Shown here piece after piece: positions 51,843-64,000 of a stretch of DNA of 64,000 nucleotides. The first letter of the stretch is position 1; each line of letters opens with the position of its first letter. Position numbers and translations under genes: made by a program. This DNA is from Haplodiscus bocki (lineage: Eukaryota). The DNA is taken from the NCBI GenBank assembly GCA_965655095.1, contig OZ296649.1, forward strand, positions 21,700,001 through 21,764,000, given 5' to 3'. The notes below the pieces were generated by a model. It was not told the DNA's origin. It worked only from the letters and a program-made list of their open reading frames with translations, and did no database searches.

Positions 51843-54711
51843 CTAATTTTTACCTGATTTTATTCTGTTAATTGATCCTTGGACAATGTATTTTCTACGT
51901 ATTTTATAATCCAATTCTGACTCTCATTTATATAAATATACGAGGCGTACGCATATAAATTATTCTTTTTTAAAGATTTTATCTTTTGGTGCGCAGAAAA
52001 AATTCGTTGTGGTTGACCGTTTGGTCTCTTATTTTACTCAAGAATATTGAATTGGCAAACCAACAAAAGTTTGTTTTTTGATCGGTGTAAAACCGGTGTT
52101 TTGTGAAATTAATAGAACCTGGGAGAAAAACCGGGATTCATTTAGGTTGATAGTGGTTTTGGTAATAATAAAAAGAGTAGGAAACTGTCCCAGGAATTTG
52201 GGCACTTTCTTTAAACGGAATTGGGCCACTTGTAATGCTTGTCTGAGAAAATAATTTTTGCCTCTTCGCGCTCTGTGGTGCCTGTGTCAGTATCCTGACG
52301 AAAGCTTCCATACTATGACGGTATCAGCTAGGGGTGTAATGAAAACGGCTGAAAACGACCTCTTTGATTTCTTTGACAGTTACTTTTTTCGCATATTGAA
52401 GGTGCTAATTCTGCACAGACTGGTCTGACAAAAAATGAACAACAGCGCTCTAGGAAATCATGTTTGACATAATACTCAATTCATGTCAACTGTGGAGAAG
52501 GTTTTTGGGTCTCTCTGACTTTGCATAATGTTTGTGTAGTTCTTGGAGATTGATGAGTAAAATTAAAAGGCTGAATATTGAACAAATAATGCTAGACTTG
52601 GAAAATAGAACCTTTTTTTCGCTAACATTTGTTCGCACAGGAAGCGCAGGACCTTCTGTTTCCTGGATTTCTCTCCGCTTGACCTATAAATTGGCCAGAA
52701 AGGTCAGTATAACCACTGCGGTGCGTTAACCTACATCTGGATGAAAATTAGCTTTGTTTTTGTTTTTATGCATTTCCATACTTTGTGTAAGTGGGTGCTT
52801 TTCAGTTTGACGATTAGGTTTTGAGAAACCATCAATATCCGCTGTAGTTGAGGATGGAATGCTGTCGGTCTTAAAGTATGCTGAATTGAGAATTCTGATG
52901 CTCCTTTACAACTTCATTACAAAGTTTTGCGACACTGACAAATACCGAGATCTGGAGATGAATACACTCTCTAACCTTACAGAATAACAATTGTATAGGT
53001 ACAATGTGATAATCAAGTTCTGGTGAAGTTGAGAGAATTTTCCACCAGTACTTATTCATTTTGACTACATATGTAGTGCCCCTCTTGAGCATTGGGCATT
53101 AAAATGGCGTAATCTTGAAACATAGTTGCACCAAAAGTTTGAGATGGAAACAGTGTGACAGGTATATATTTCAGTTCGAATTTCTCGAACAAACCCTTGA
53201 CTTGCAACTGAGGCACTTTTTCTAAAAGTGTCAATGTTATTTCACGGTGTCAATGTTAAAGTTTGTCTCAAAATTTAATAAGTATTGTTTGTTTTTGATC
53301 TCAACTGACAAGTTAGATCGTTTTGTGTGAAGGTCAAATTCGACTCTGCAAGACGGCTTTATGAAAATACTTAATGTTCATGTTTTAAAAGATTTTTGGT
53401 TTTTGAGAAAAGGTTGGGAGTTATCACTTTGGAACAAACTTGGTATATGCTTTTCGGAATCTTTGAATTTTGCGCAGGAAATTTTTGGCATTTAATGTAT
53501 CAAAAAACTTATGAAACATGCAAGCAGGTATTACAAAAAGGCATTAGAAAAAGACTTGATAATCGCATTTTTGAAGAATTTCGGCTCCCGCAAAGTGTGG
53601 AGGTAGCAAAAAATTTCAAGTTTTGGCGTTTTCAAAAAAGTTGTTTTCGGGAAAAGCATCTGAAAAGTTTTTGAGTTTGCGTTTTCGAATTTTTCTGGTC
53701 AGTGCAAAGGGGGTGTAAAATGATGTTTTACAAAATTTGAACCTCCCAGGAAAGCGGGGAAGGTTTTTGAGAAAATTTGCAAAAAGCCGATCGATTCGGA
53801 CGGAGCTGTTGCGTTTTCCGAGAAAAAGTCTCGATAATATTCGGGCGCTTTTCACTCGAAACGCACTTTAAAAAGTACCAAAGAAAGCTATCAGATGCAG
53901 AATTACGGAACTACTTGATATTTTGAAATTCGGGTCTCTGAGAGTTAATGGATTTTAACGAAGAATGGGTGTTTGTATCACGAAAAACTGGTCATTCGTG
54001 GTTTTAAAAAACTGGGTGGTATTTAGGAAGGGTCGCTCGGAAGTTTTTGGGACTTATGTTTTGTCAAATATTCGAAGTTCAAAAAGGGGAATCTTCAATT
54101 TTTGTCTCATAGTGCTGAAAAACATCGTTGGTATGATTCATTGGTGTTTTGCAAACTTTGCTTTTCCTCAAGCCTGCAGCGCTTCGAGAAAATATCCCGA
54201 ATGGTGATGAACAGTGAGTTGATTCGAAGGGAGCAACAAATTTTCAGCAAAAGCGTCAATTAACAACAACTGCGGGTGTAGAAGAACGAGTTATTTCTGT
54301 GAAACAAAAAAGAACTCTTCTAGGAAAACTAAAAATAATGAACAGCTCTTACAACACAGATGTGGGCAAATAGCTCACAGTCATTTTCAAGAAATATCTT
54401 ATCTCCTTAAATAAGATATAAGGTAGAAAGTAGCAGATGCAGGCGATTCTACTGCAAGACTGGCTGAGGATAGGAAAATGTTTACATGGAAACTTTATCT
54501 GAAGAATCCGGTGTTCAATTTCAACAATCTTTTTCGCGACATCTAGTGGCTTTTGCTCCGCTTGTCTTTTCTGAATACAATAATCGCTGCACAGATGTTT
54601 CTTTCTGACCAATTCCATTGCTACTGTGAGATTTTTTTCAAAGATGCAGCCTGTTGATCGAAAAATTCAATTCTTGGATTAAAATTTCTAGATCACATAC
54701 AACCAAACAAT

Positions 54712-55017
54712 GGTGTCAGGTCAAAATCTCCTAAGTTAAAATCTCCTAAGTCATAATCTCCTAGGTCAAAATCTCCTAAGCCAAAATCTCCTATGCCAAA
54801 ATCTCCTATGCCAAAATCTCCTTTGCCAAAATCTCCTAAATTATTGATTAAAGTTATCGGCTTAAGAAATTAAATAATTGAGCTTAAAGCTGAAGTAATT
54901 TAGGTTAATTACTTCTAATTATTTAATTAGGACTACCATTATATGTCACATTGGGTATTATGGCATTGGTTATTTTGGCATTGGGTATTTTGGCATTGGG
55001 TATTATGTCCTGACACC
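54712..55017. mobile_element. Small foldback/MITE-like element with subterminal 15-bp tandem repeats
   Basis: Ends GGTGTCAGG...CCTGACACC; left arm 8 x GYCAAAATCTCCTAW (54720-54839); right arm ~4 inverted copies of GCCAAAATACCCAAT (54949-55008). Confidence 0.75.
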
Positions 55018-56429
55018 CATTTCTTGGTATTTTTATCATTTCAAAAACACTTCTGTACTCGGGCTGGGGTATTTTCAGTACCAGGGATTCCGCAAAAATA
55101 CTTTCAGAATACCCTCGAAAATACAATTACGTTATGTTCATTAGAGAGTAGGTTGTATCAATATGTGCTGCTATGCTGTGCTATTATTGTTGAATACAGA
55201 AAAAATCTGTAATAACTATGTCCCAACTCTTAGCCTAACTAATCGACTTGCCGCCACTAGTGAATACGGAAGTTTTCCGGAACGCACTAGTAACTACTAG
55301 TATGAACGAGGATTAATTTAGGAGCTCCAGGATCCTCTTCCGTTTCTGAATACTGATACACGTAAATGCGTACATTTGTACTTTGCGTGAAAAACATATG
55401 ACTGTTTTTTGTCCCTGCTTTCATTTTTGCAATGCTTCAGTCGTAAATACCTAAGTTTTCGAAAAATGGAATTTTTACAAGGTTGCTTTTTGTAAATAAA
55501 CAAAATGTCGGCGCGGAAATAAGCACTTTGATGTCCATTTTCGACGGATTAGGTGGCTGCATTTGTTGTTGAAAAAAGAAAAAGACGTGAACTATGAGCA
55601 GAAAACTGGATGAAAAGGAAATAATTTCCCGCCTGAGCCGGCATTTTCTGCTTTGTAGTGTTAATTTGAGAGTACTTTTATCTATTTTTTACCTGGATTT
55701 GGCGAGTAAATATATATGTTTCTAATCACGGAGAAGGTATCAATAGGAGAAGCGAAAATGATAGGATAGTAACTTTGCTATTGAAGCTAATATTCAGTCC
55801 TGTAACATTGTGAGGACTGACGATATTCTACCAGTTAATCCCAAGTTGAATTTTGCAATAAAAGTCAATTCAGTCTTGAGCTCTGGTTACTTATTTATTA
55901 TCGCACGATCGGTAACGTTAAGGTATCAGAATTTACTAGTTGCTGTCAAAACGGACGGTCCAGAAAACATCGTACGAACAACTTGTCGCGGGACACAATT
56001 GTTCTAAGAGTTATTGACGAAAAAATTACTCAAGTCTCAGAGGCAATCGACAAAAAATGTTCAAGAAGTAGTCTCAGGAGTTTACCAGGACAGAGAGTTG
56101 AATTCTAGACGCATTGTTGCAACTGGATTTTCCATACCCGGTTCAAAATGTTGGGTCCAGTCTGGAACTGCTCCGGAGCCGTCACAAAAATATGACTGGG
56201 AAAACCAGCAGTGCAACGAGGATTGATTGTAGAATCATATTCATCTCGAAGTGGGTACATCAGTCGACCCGTCTTTTATTTCTGCGGACTAGACCGCAAT
56301 CAAGTTCAACACATGATGACAGGAATGCAATAACAACTTCCCTACACAATCCCCTGGTACTTCATCAGGCAATAAAAGGAGTTTGCTTTCGTCAAGCGAG
56401 CCAAAACTCCGCATTGAGAACACCTTTGT

Positions 56430-57410
56430 GAAGATTGATGCAGATCAGTCTTTGTTGGTCCTTCAGTTAGAGCAACAGCAAAATTGCCAACTTCCAAAAC
56501 ATTTTAAGCAGAATTTCGTTGCCACCAAAGTCAATCAGAACAACAATGCCAACATTTGACAACAATTCTGAGAAGTTCGATTTCTTTGAAGACTATTTCC
56601 AAACAAGAAATAGTCTTGTATCTCAAGATACGACAGCGGCTGACTAGAGACGAAAGCGTAGAAAATTTTGATTTCTGAGTGTGGTGATGCATTATGGACG
56701 TTCAAAGACATCACGAGCCCAACCCGACAAAAATGGAGTGGAGTTTTTGCAACTTTGCGTGGGCGAACCGTCAAACTCCAAGTAATAGCTACGACAAAAT
56801 GCAGATGAAACTTGTCCTCAACTCATCAAACCAAAAGTAAGTTGTCTTTCCTGATTAACCTCTCAGACTCGCAGAACACGAATTCGGAATTGCTGCTAAC
56901 GCAATTATTGAACAATTCGTCCATCCCGCAACGCCACAACAGCTAAGAAATTGATTATTCTGGCCCATTTGGAAAATGGCACTTATGACCAGATTGTAAT
57001 TCATCTTGAAAAGGTTTTAGAACTCAATCGTTAAGAACCTCTTCCTGATTTGTAGCTGAAAACAGTGATCCAACATACCAGCAATGTTAAATGTGAAAAA
57101 CCCAAACCAACGTACCACAACCGTAACAAACCAAGACAGTACAAAAAACAATCCCGCCACCTAAAACTAGAGAATCAACAAAGTGAAGGCAACAACAATA
57201 GCACAACAAACAACAGTGGAGCCAATAATTTTAACCGCAACAACAACAAGGACAACAAAACTGGAAGGAATCCAAAAACTTTCCACTCACCCTATGATAC
57301 ATGTGGAAAGAAGAACCATGTAACACACATTTGCTATTTTGGAGCCGCCTCCCTGGAAGACCCGCCGGGCAGGTTAACTCTCAACAACATGACACACACA
57401 ATAATTTGAC
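56430..57410 (+). pseudogene. Gypsy gag
   Basis: TTMPTFDNNSEKFDFFED, GDALWTF, AHLENGTYDQIV.HLE, decayed knuckle DTCGKKNHVTHIC, Asn-rich linker. Confidence 0.7.
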
Positions 57411-57929
57411 AAAGTGTGACCAGGCCGCGGCCCAATCTTCAAAGTGAAAACGCCACGTCCGCATTCCGGAGCTGTAACTGACAAACCGCAGGCCACCAAA
57501 GGAGCAGTACTTCCACCAATCCAAAAGGCTCTCTGGCAGCAACCTCCGGAAACTTTTTTGGATGTTTCTAGGTTAGTTACTTTCCACTGTAACTCAAATA
57601 CTGACTTAGCTCGAAAGACTCCTCTTGTTCAAACCACTCAAAAAATTGACGTAGCATTACAATAGCAGCCAATAAAAGAAACTTTACCTCATATAATTGG
57701 ATCCCACAAGGAGCTGTTCCTGAAGTTGAAACGAGGAACAAACAAGTACCGTACCTGAACGACCCCAGAAAAATAAAACCGAGAACCAAGAGTTTACTAT
57801 TGACACAACAAGTAGATAAGATGGAGACGCCCATTTTCCGCCAATCACAATTACAGCTCCAAAAATAAAGGAAATGCTTCTGAGAAATGAAAACACCGAT
57901 AAATCTTGCATACCTCTATCGTCGGCTAT

Positions 57930-58310
57930 AGTTCTCAAACGAAGGAATGAAGTGCTTTTTGTGCTTCTGGACTCGAAAACTGGCCCGGAAATAGATGCCT
58001 TAACTGACTCAGGAGCGTATGTGAGCAGAATTGCCGAAACTGATTGGGAAAAAAACACAGCCTTCAAACCATCAAAACCTTCAATACTAACGACCCTCCA
58101 ATTTCTTCAAGATGAAATTGCAGGCAATCTATCAGGAAAACGAATAGCCGCAGCCACAACTAAACTTGAGATTGAAGACGATAAGTCTGCTGAACAATTG
58201 GTCACTCTGAAGAATTTAACAGAACCAGTTATTGGGATGCACACCATAAGATATTAAAGCGTATTCTTGCATACAACACATGACCTAATCCATTTTCCTC
58301 ACTTGACGTT
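57930..58310 (+). pseudogene. Retroviral-type aspartic protease
   Basis: IDALTDSGAYVSRI active-site motif (~57990-58030) and downstream EPVIGMH. Confidence 0.85.
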
Positions 58311-59849
58311 GAAAGCCAAAAGCACTTTTAGCGAAATGAGTGCAGAACTCAAATCTGTTCCCAGTTATTACAACTTGAAAATTGTGCCTATGGCAACCAA
58401 AACAATCCCAGCCTTCGTTGGTCAACCATCAGAAAGGATTACAACTGTTACTGTAATGCGCTTAGGCAGAATCAAGTGAACAGCAAGTCTGCTGATTTGT
58501 CCTTTAATTTCAAATTATTCGACAAAAAAAATCAATCAAAACATCAAAAACAAATTAGTCACCTTACACCATCAAGAAATGCGCACGGACTGCCAACTTT
58601 GTTGCTGTTGTGTTTCCGGGGCAATCCAATTTAATCGAATGAGAAGACGAAGCAACCCTTAGTTTGATTCAAGAAGTTGATCCGGACCTCACCATGTACC
58701 CGACTAACTACTCAGAATAAAAAACCTAGAATAAGGGAGCAGAACTTCCTGACCTCCATACAGAAGTTTCTGGAAAAATTGCGGTTGATACGGCAATACA
58801 GACACGTATCTGCAAAGATTTTTATGAATCAAAGGTAAAACAGAATTTGAACCCAAAGGAAGATGTTGGATCAAGAGCCAGTAGCCTTGCGTGATTTGAC
58901 CGGACTGTGTCGCTGCTCACCGAAGCCGAGGAACAAACAACTGAACTCGTCCGAGTCGAATCCCTTGACATTTTAGCCGGACACGAAATGGGTAGCAGTA
59001 TCAAAAGTGAGTGTACCATTAAATTTTGAATAAAAGGACAAAACTAAGTTGTATTCATCCAAAATATTCCAACGCTTTTATGTCTGAAAGCAGACTTCTT
59101 CGTCGAATGGTACCTAATGTACAAATATGAGATAACAGTATTGCCATTCTTCAAGTAAGCTAGCCCCATTTAAGGCTAACAATCATGCTAACAGATGACA
59201 AGTCAGTCACACGGTTCTTCCCGACAAATGCCATTCCACCACCGCGGTGCATTACGCGTTGCGATAAATTACAACTCGATTTCAAAAGAAGACACATGGC
59301 AGGTTAAACCAACACAGCAGCTTGCAATTTCTTTGGAATGGAAACGAAAATTACGGAAAAGATAGCGCTCAAAAATAGATAAGGTACTCAGACAGCACCA
59401 ATTGACTTGCCAAAGTCCACCTTGGAGGTTGCTTACGAAGAGGAGTTTTCTTCGCACAAGCAGACATCAATCATGCCACCGAAGAATAAACCCTAGAGAG
59501 TGAACAATTTCAGAGGAAAGCCGCAGAAAGTGTTGCAAACGAGCAACCTTCCTCACCAAAAGCTGGCCTCAACGAATTCACAAAGTTCGACGGAAGCGCT
59601 ACGTCATACTCCAGGAATGGAATTGAAGCAAGAGCGCGAAACCCAGTGAAGCATGACAAGCTAGTGTTGTAGAACACGAAATTGAAACTTCTAGGCCAAA
59701 CATATGATAAGGTGCTCCTAATGTTAAACAACCAACACATGTGCCAAAAACGAAACGACAACCGCATCACCCTCATTGATTTCCAACTATGCCAAAAACT
59801 CTCCGGGGAAACAGGTAAAGTCAGTTATTAATAAGTTTTCATAGTACAG

Positions 59850-61000
59850 CATTGTGTGAACGAAGTGCTAGGAAACCTAGGAGGAGAAATTGATAAAGAT
59901 TGGGGAATCACTGAAGCAAAAATTGCTTTTCAAGAGATGTACTACTATCCAAAAATAGCTACACTGCTCAAAAACTTTGATATGTTATTTGAGAAATTTT
60001 AACGGAATCACTTATTAACAGTAGTTTTACCAACCCACCGCTCAAAAACCTTTGTTAACACGTTACGGAACCAGAAAAAGTCACGCAGTTGGTTCTGTGT
60101 GAGGAACTAAGTCCGTTGGGGAGCTTCGGAAATATTGTTTCAGCCATGGACGTCTTTTCTATTTACCGGTTTGCTCAACCAAAAACAACCCGTTTTGTTG
60201 GAACGGCTGACAGAGACGTGATTACCATTAAAACCAAGCATGGTTACTTGACGACAGCAATCATTTCCCACAAACGATCAGTGTTTTGACCCAAGTGGTA
60301 ACTAAAAAAGCTCTTGTTTTACGGAATACTCCAAAACACGCCACGAAAAAAACATGCGGCGGTAATTGAAATGCATGAAAAAATGCATGCTTCATTACAA
60401 AAAGTATTGAATTTTGAAACAAGCGAAGGAGGGTCAATGTGGCCTAAGTATGACAACTTTGCAATCCTGAACTAAAACACATCGGACAACACGACTATCT
60501 AATGTGAACCTGGTTCAGTGAACCACCGATGCGTTTTGTGCAATATCCTAAGTTTGAAGCTGGACGTTCTTAACGAAAAACGACCCTTGCCGAACTCACA
60601 AAAAATGCAAGACTTCTTCCAGCAAACAGAAATGAATTTTAACACAATGTCAGTAAAGCTACGCGAGCCAACTTCAATTACAGAGCTTAAAATGACAAAG
60701 AAACAAACGCCTCAAAATTGAGAGGGCGATATTAAGTCTAGCTGATAGAGCCGAAAGCAGAAAATTAAGAAGGCATAATCGTTTTCACATAATTTTCTTT
60801 TTTTGGTGCGCACATTGTTGATAAAGTTTTTTAAGCACAACTACTTGATCGCAAAGTCGGAACGGACGAAACACCAGTGCTTTTTCTTTTGAAACCACAA
60901 ACGCTCACACCTGGAGAAACAGTACCCGGCGTAAAGTCCAAGCCACAGGACGGTAGACCTGATCCTGAAAAATTCAAGAAACGTGATGACTTGTACTGTG
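59850..61000 (+). pseudogene. Gypsy integrase
   Basis: GITE..YYYPKI; IVSAMDVFSIYRFAQP; TAIISHKRSVF (ISDxGxxF); HATKKHA..EKMHASL; WPKY..LN*NTS..CEP. Confidence 0.8.
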
Positions 61001-63571
61001 GAATATGGGTTTCAAAATAATTAACGCCTGTCTTCAACATTGACTTAGACGATTCGGCCTTGCCTAATTCACCTGAAAAAAAAATAGGACTTAAGGAAAG
61101 ATGAAAGGTGTACCATTGCGGGAACAAAGTTTTCCGGATGTTTTTCTTTCAGCCAGACTGGACACTTTACCTAACGGATATGAATTAGGATAATAAACTT
61201 GCAATGGACACGCATCAGAACCCGTTTTTTTCGCAACAAAATCTCTTTGGTACATCCAACTATGTGCTGCCAAAAATAAAAGTACAGTTCCCCAGCAAAA
61301 TCCGTTTTTTCCTCCGAAAAAAATGGAGTGCTTGTTACTTAATCCTTTTACTTATAGGACCTTCCATGGCAACTCACTCAATTTCTCATCATCCTGGATA
61401 CTTCAGCGAGACGATCACTCAAACTCAAAATACGAGTAACTGGTTCGGATTTTCAAAATGAACTGAAAAAATGTTCATTTGTGCCCTACTTGAAAATTCG
61501 GAGCGGCACGCCACTTCTCCTGCCCTCAGACTTATGAAGACTTTCGCCAAAGACAGACCCGAAAACAGGATCTTCATTACAGACGGGCTCCTTACATGCA
61601 GTTGACGGAGTAGCCATGCAGAAACTCTTTCGTGAGGGAAGAGGACTAGTCGAACCCCGCCTCTTCTTTGTTTTCTCAGGATTTGGCTGTTTGGCTGCCG
61701 CTAGCAAGACTGAGACAATGGCTGTCCGGCGCATATTTGGCGTCTCCCATCTCAACTTTGATAGAATTGTTGAAAACAGTCGACACCAAACCAGCGTTTG
61801 GTGTCAACACCGATATCTCTTCCATTCCTCGATGATAGAGTCTGCAGATACGTCAACTGATCTCCAAAAATCGAACTCAGGAAAAATAAAAAACGACTGA
61901 ACAGAAGCAGCGAGAGCACCCAACATAGTAGGCCCCACGTTTAAGAAAAAACTTTTCTGGGTGAACAAGGGAAAACGTACAAAGTGTCAGACGCATGAGA
62001 TTGACTCTTCAACCTACTGATGGTCAACAGCCACTCAACTGCGACCTATGGTGGACTCCACAGCATGTTCCAATGGATTTCCAACAAGATGTACTGTCCA
62101 AAGAAAGACCTGAAACGGACCAAAAAAATGTACCGGAAAACTGGCAATCAATAAATCACCACCGCTGGTGGAGTACTTTAATTAATTTGCAACGAGAATG
62201 AAAATCATTCTCACTGCAAGAAGAAGAAAAAAAACATCGCTAGTAGGTGCACGATTCTACCCGGAACTTTACTCAACCTGTCGCTGCTGAGGGCCAATTC
62301 AAAGAAATTTGGCTTCCGCAGCTTCAGCTTCTGAACCGCAGATCTGGCGAAGCTTCAACAATCGGTCGCGCGATTGGTCAAAGAAATGAAAACAGAATAG
62401 GCACCTTCTACGATGACAACGTTTGGGCAGAAAGAGCTGAGTCTTTGCCAAACCAAAAAACGGACGGCAACTGTAGAAAATACCGTGCGCTCAATGCCCT
62501 CTAGGAAGCGGCCGCAGTTTTTCTGAATTTCGCTCTAAAAGAAATGCATGTCGATTTCCTCAGGAGCTGCAATAAAACGAACAGAAGTACCCTCTATGAG
62601 CTGCTCCTCATCGACTGCTGCAAAACAGGAAAAGTTCGGAAGCACCAAAATCTCCTTGTTTTCAAAAACGGTCTACGCACTTTCCAGTTGAATTTTCCTG
62701 AGAAAGCCAATAACAAATCTGGACGGCTCTCCAAAAACTACATTTTAATAGTCAGCCCCTCAAAATTGCAAGTCAAGGGAAGTGGGGGCAACTAAAACAA
62801 CAAAAGCAGTGAACAGAATGAAACACAAAAAGCGAGGAATGTCCTTAGGCAAGTTTGAATAACCAAACAATACAACAACCCTCACGAACGTGGATCCGTC
62901 AATGATTGATATAGGAAGTTTTCTAGTTAATCTTAGACCTAGAACTACCAATTTGAATGAAGAGAACCCAGGAGTGCTGCAATAAATTCCCTTTTTTTCC
63001 ACAAGTATCAGCCAAACTGAGGAGCAATAAGGGAGCGCTACTAAAAATTGCCCAGTTCTCTTCGATTCAGCCTTCGAACAAGAAACAGACTTGTAACGGT
63101 TCTAGAAAAGTCCTAGTTCACACGCGTTGATTACACCAAACAAAAAAGAAACGAAGAATGGTAAAACAGTTTCCAAGCCGGACCCAGAGGTATGAAGATT
63201 TGATGTAAAACTAGGAACGTTTCTGATAGAAACTAATTCGCACAAAGGTCAATCAGGAGATCAAGATAATGTACGACCGAGACTGGACTATTCCTAAAAG
63301 TTTCCTTGAATCTTCCCAAAATATACACGTAGTGACCATACCTAAATGGAAAACAAACTGAAGTCATAGTAACAGATTTCGAAAGTTATAATAAATAGAT
63401 GGAATTTCGTCCACGCGATCCGGTCTATATAGAATTAGGTGTCAGTTCCTTTCTTCTAAAGCAAAAGGACACAAGAGTATTCGGATTCGGATGTGCTACC
63501 GATGAAACCCAACTCAAAAAAGTGTATGCTACTATATCGCCATCATGCTCCCGTCTACCTGCTTCAGGGAT

Positions 63572-64000
63572 GAGATAAAGGGGAGCACAGACTAATTATG
63601 TTGACCGAAACCTCAACCGGTTGTGGTATCTTCAACTGGCCAGTTACACTGGCATGGTGGAAAAGGGAACGCAACATCATCCAGTTGCAATATCAGGCAA
63701 TTTTTCATCTGGTGAGCATGAACAACGTCAAGAAAAGAAGATCCAGACTGAGAAAAACGCAAAATGGCACTATTTGAGGACATTGCCTCAATAGCCTCGC
63801 GTCAAAAGCTGATACTCAAGCTTTTATTCGTCAGTACGCACTCTGCCCGTCTATTTTGCGGGAATTTTGGCCGGAACATGTGGACCCTCGGTAATGGCAA
63901 CTACAGAAGAGTCAGCACTGGCAGCCATAACTGAGAACAAAACAGAAAAGAACAGACAACGCTCGTGTGGCATCATTGCTAACGCCTCATAGGACTGCGG
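63572..64000 (+). other. Possible polypurine tract and start of a 3' LTR
   Basis: GAGATAAAGGGGAG followed 12 nt later by TGTTGACC; no matching 5' LTR seen in the window. Confidence 0.25.

Larger units (their letters stand above)
1..51900. mobile_element. Cluster of nested, rearranged, decayed Polinton/Maverick (adintovirus-like) endogenous viral elements
   Basis: Remnants of pPolB, rve integrase, adenain protease, A32-like ATPase, major and minor capsid genes co-occur in multiple copies on both strands; all are interrupted by stops/frameshifts; composition shifts near 52 kb. Confidence 0.92.
56430..61050 (+). mobile_element. Decayed Ty3/Gypsy LTR retrotransposon coding region (gag-PR-[RT deleted]-RH tail-IN)
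   Basis: Domain order protease, RT/RH remnants, integrase; see sub-features. Confidence 0.88.

Noticed and set aside
1-51900. Alternative genetic code or programmed frameshifting to explain the broken genes
   Set aside because: All three stop codons and many indels occur at positions that differ between diverged copies; catalytic residues are also randomly lost, which fits neutral decay.
51900-52050. Polinton terminal inverted repeat or TSD at the cluster edge
   Set aside because: No AG-repeat-type terminus, partner repeat or 6 bp TSD could be seen.
52200-54650. Host exons or a transposase, including a PTAFHPQ string resembling an integrase motif
   Set aside because: No supporting motifs nearby and only short ORFs; left unassigned.
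54720-54839. CRISPR-like array
   Set aside because: Contiguous 15-bp tandem repeats with no unique spacers, no cas genes, eukaryotic context.
55200-56400. 5' LTR and primer-binding site of the Gypsy element
   Set aside because: No match to the candidate 3' LTR start, and the TGG-starting strings cannot be tied to a tRNA by eye.
1-64000. Bacterial prophage or host species assignment
   Set aside because: Gene content is eukaryotic-virus and retrotransposon type; no marker gene identifies the host.

Overview
Eukaryotic (probably animal) scaffold with one assembly gap (28529-28705) and no intact long ORF. Bases ~1-51900 are a very AT-rich pile-up of heavily decayed Polinton/Maverick- or adintovirus-like endogenous viral elements. 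Reading across stops and frameshifts recovers the whole core gene set: protein-primed family B DNA polymerase (three distinct lineages, several copies), retroviral-type integrase, adenain-like cysteine protease, A32/FtsK-like packaging ATPase, two divergent major capsid genes, paired minor capsid-like genes, and accessory zinc-finger, membrane and HTH-like genes. Structural highlights: (i) a ~525 bp imperfect palindrome that sits exactly at the K-G-D/T-T-x-W point of the integrase and links each integrase half to an oppositely oriented zinc-finger-PolB gene; (ii) a near-identical 3.2 kb inverted duplication that is circularly permuted, as expected from a circular DNA intermediate; (iii) a ~4 kb morphogenesis module amplified about 3x in tandem after it was already dead; (iv) a PolB lineage with a non-canonical motif B. 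Bases ~52000-64000 are less AT-rich and hold a small foldback/MITE-like element and a decayed Ty3/Gypsy retrotransposon lacking its RT core. Protein calls rest on motifs recognised by eye; pseudogene boundaries are approximate (tens of bp).
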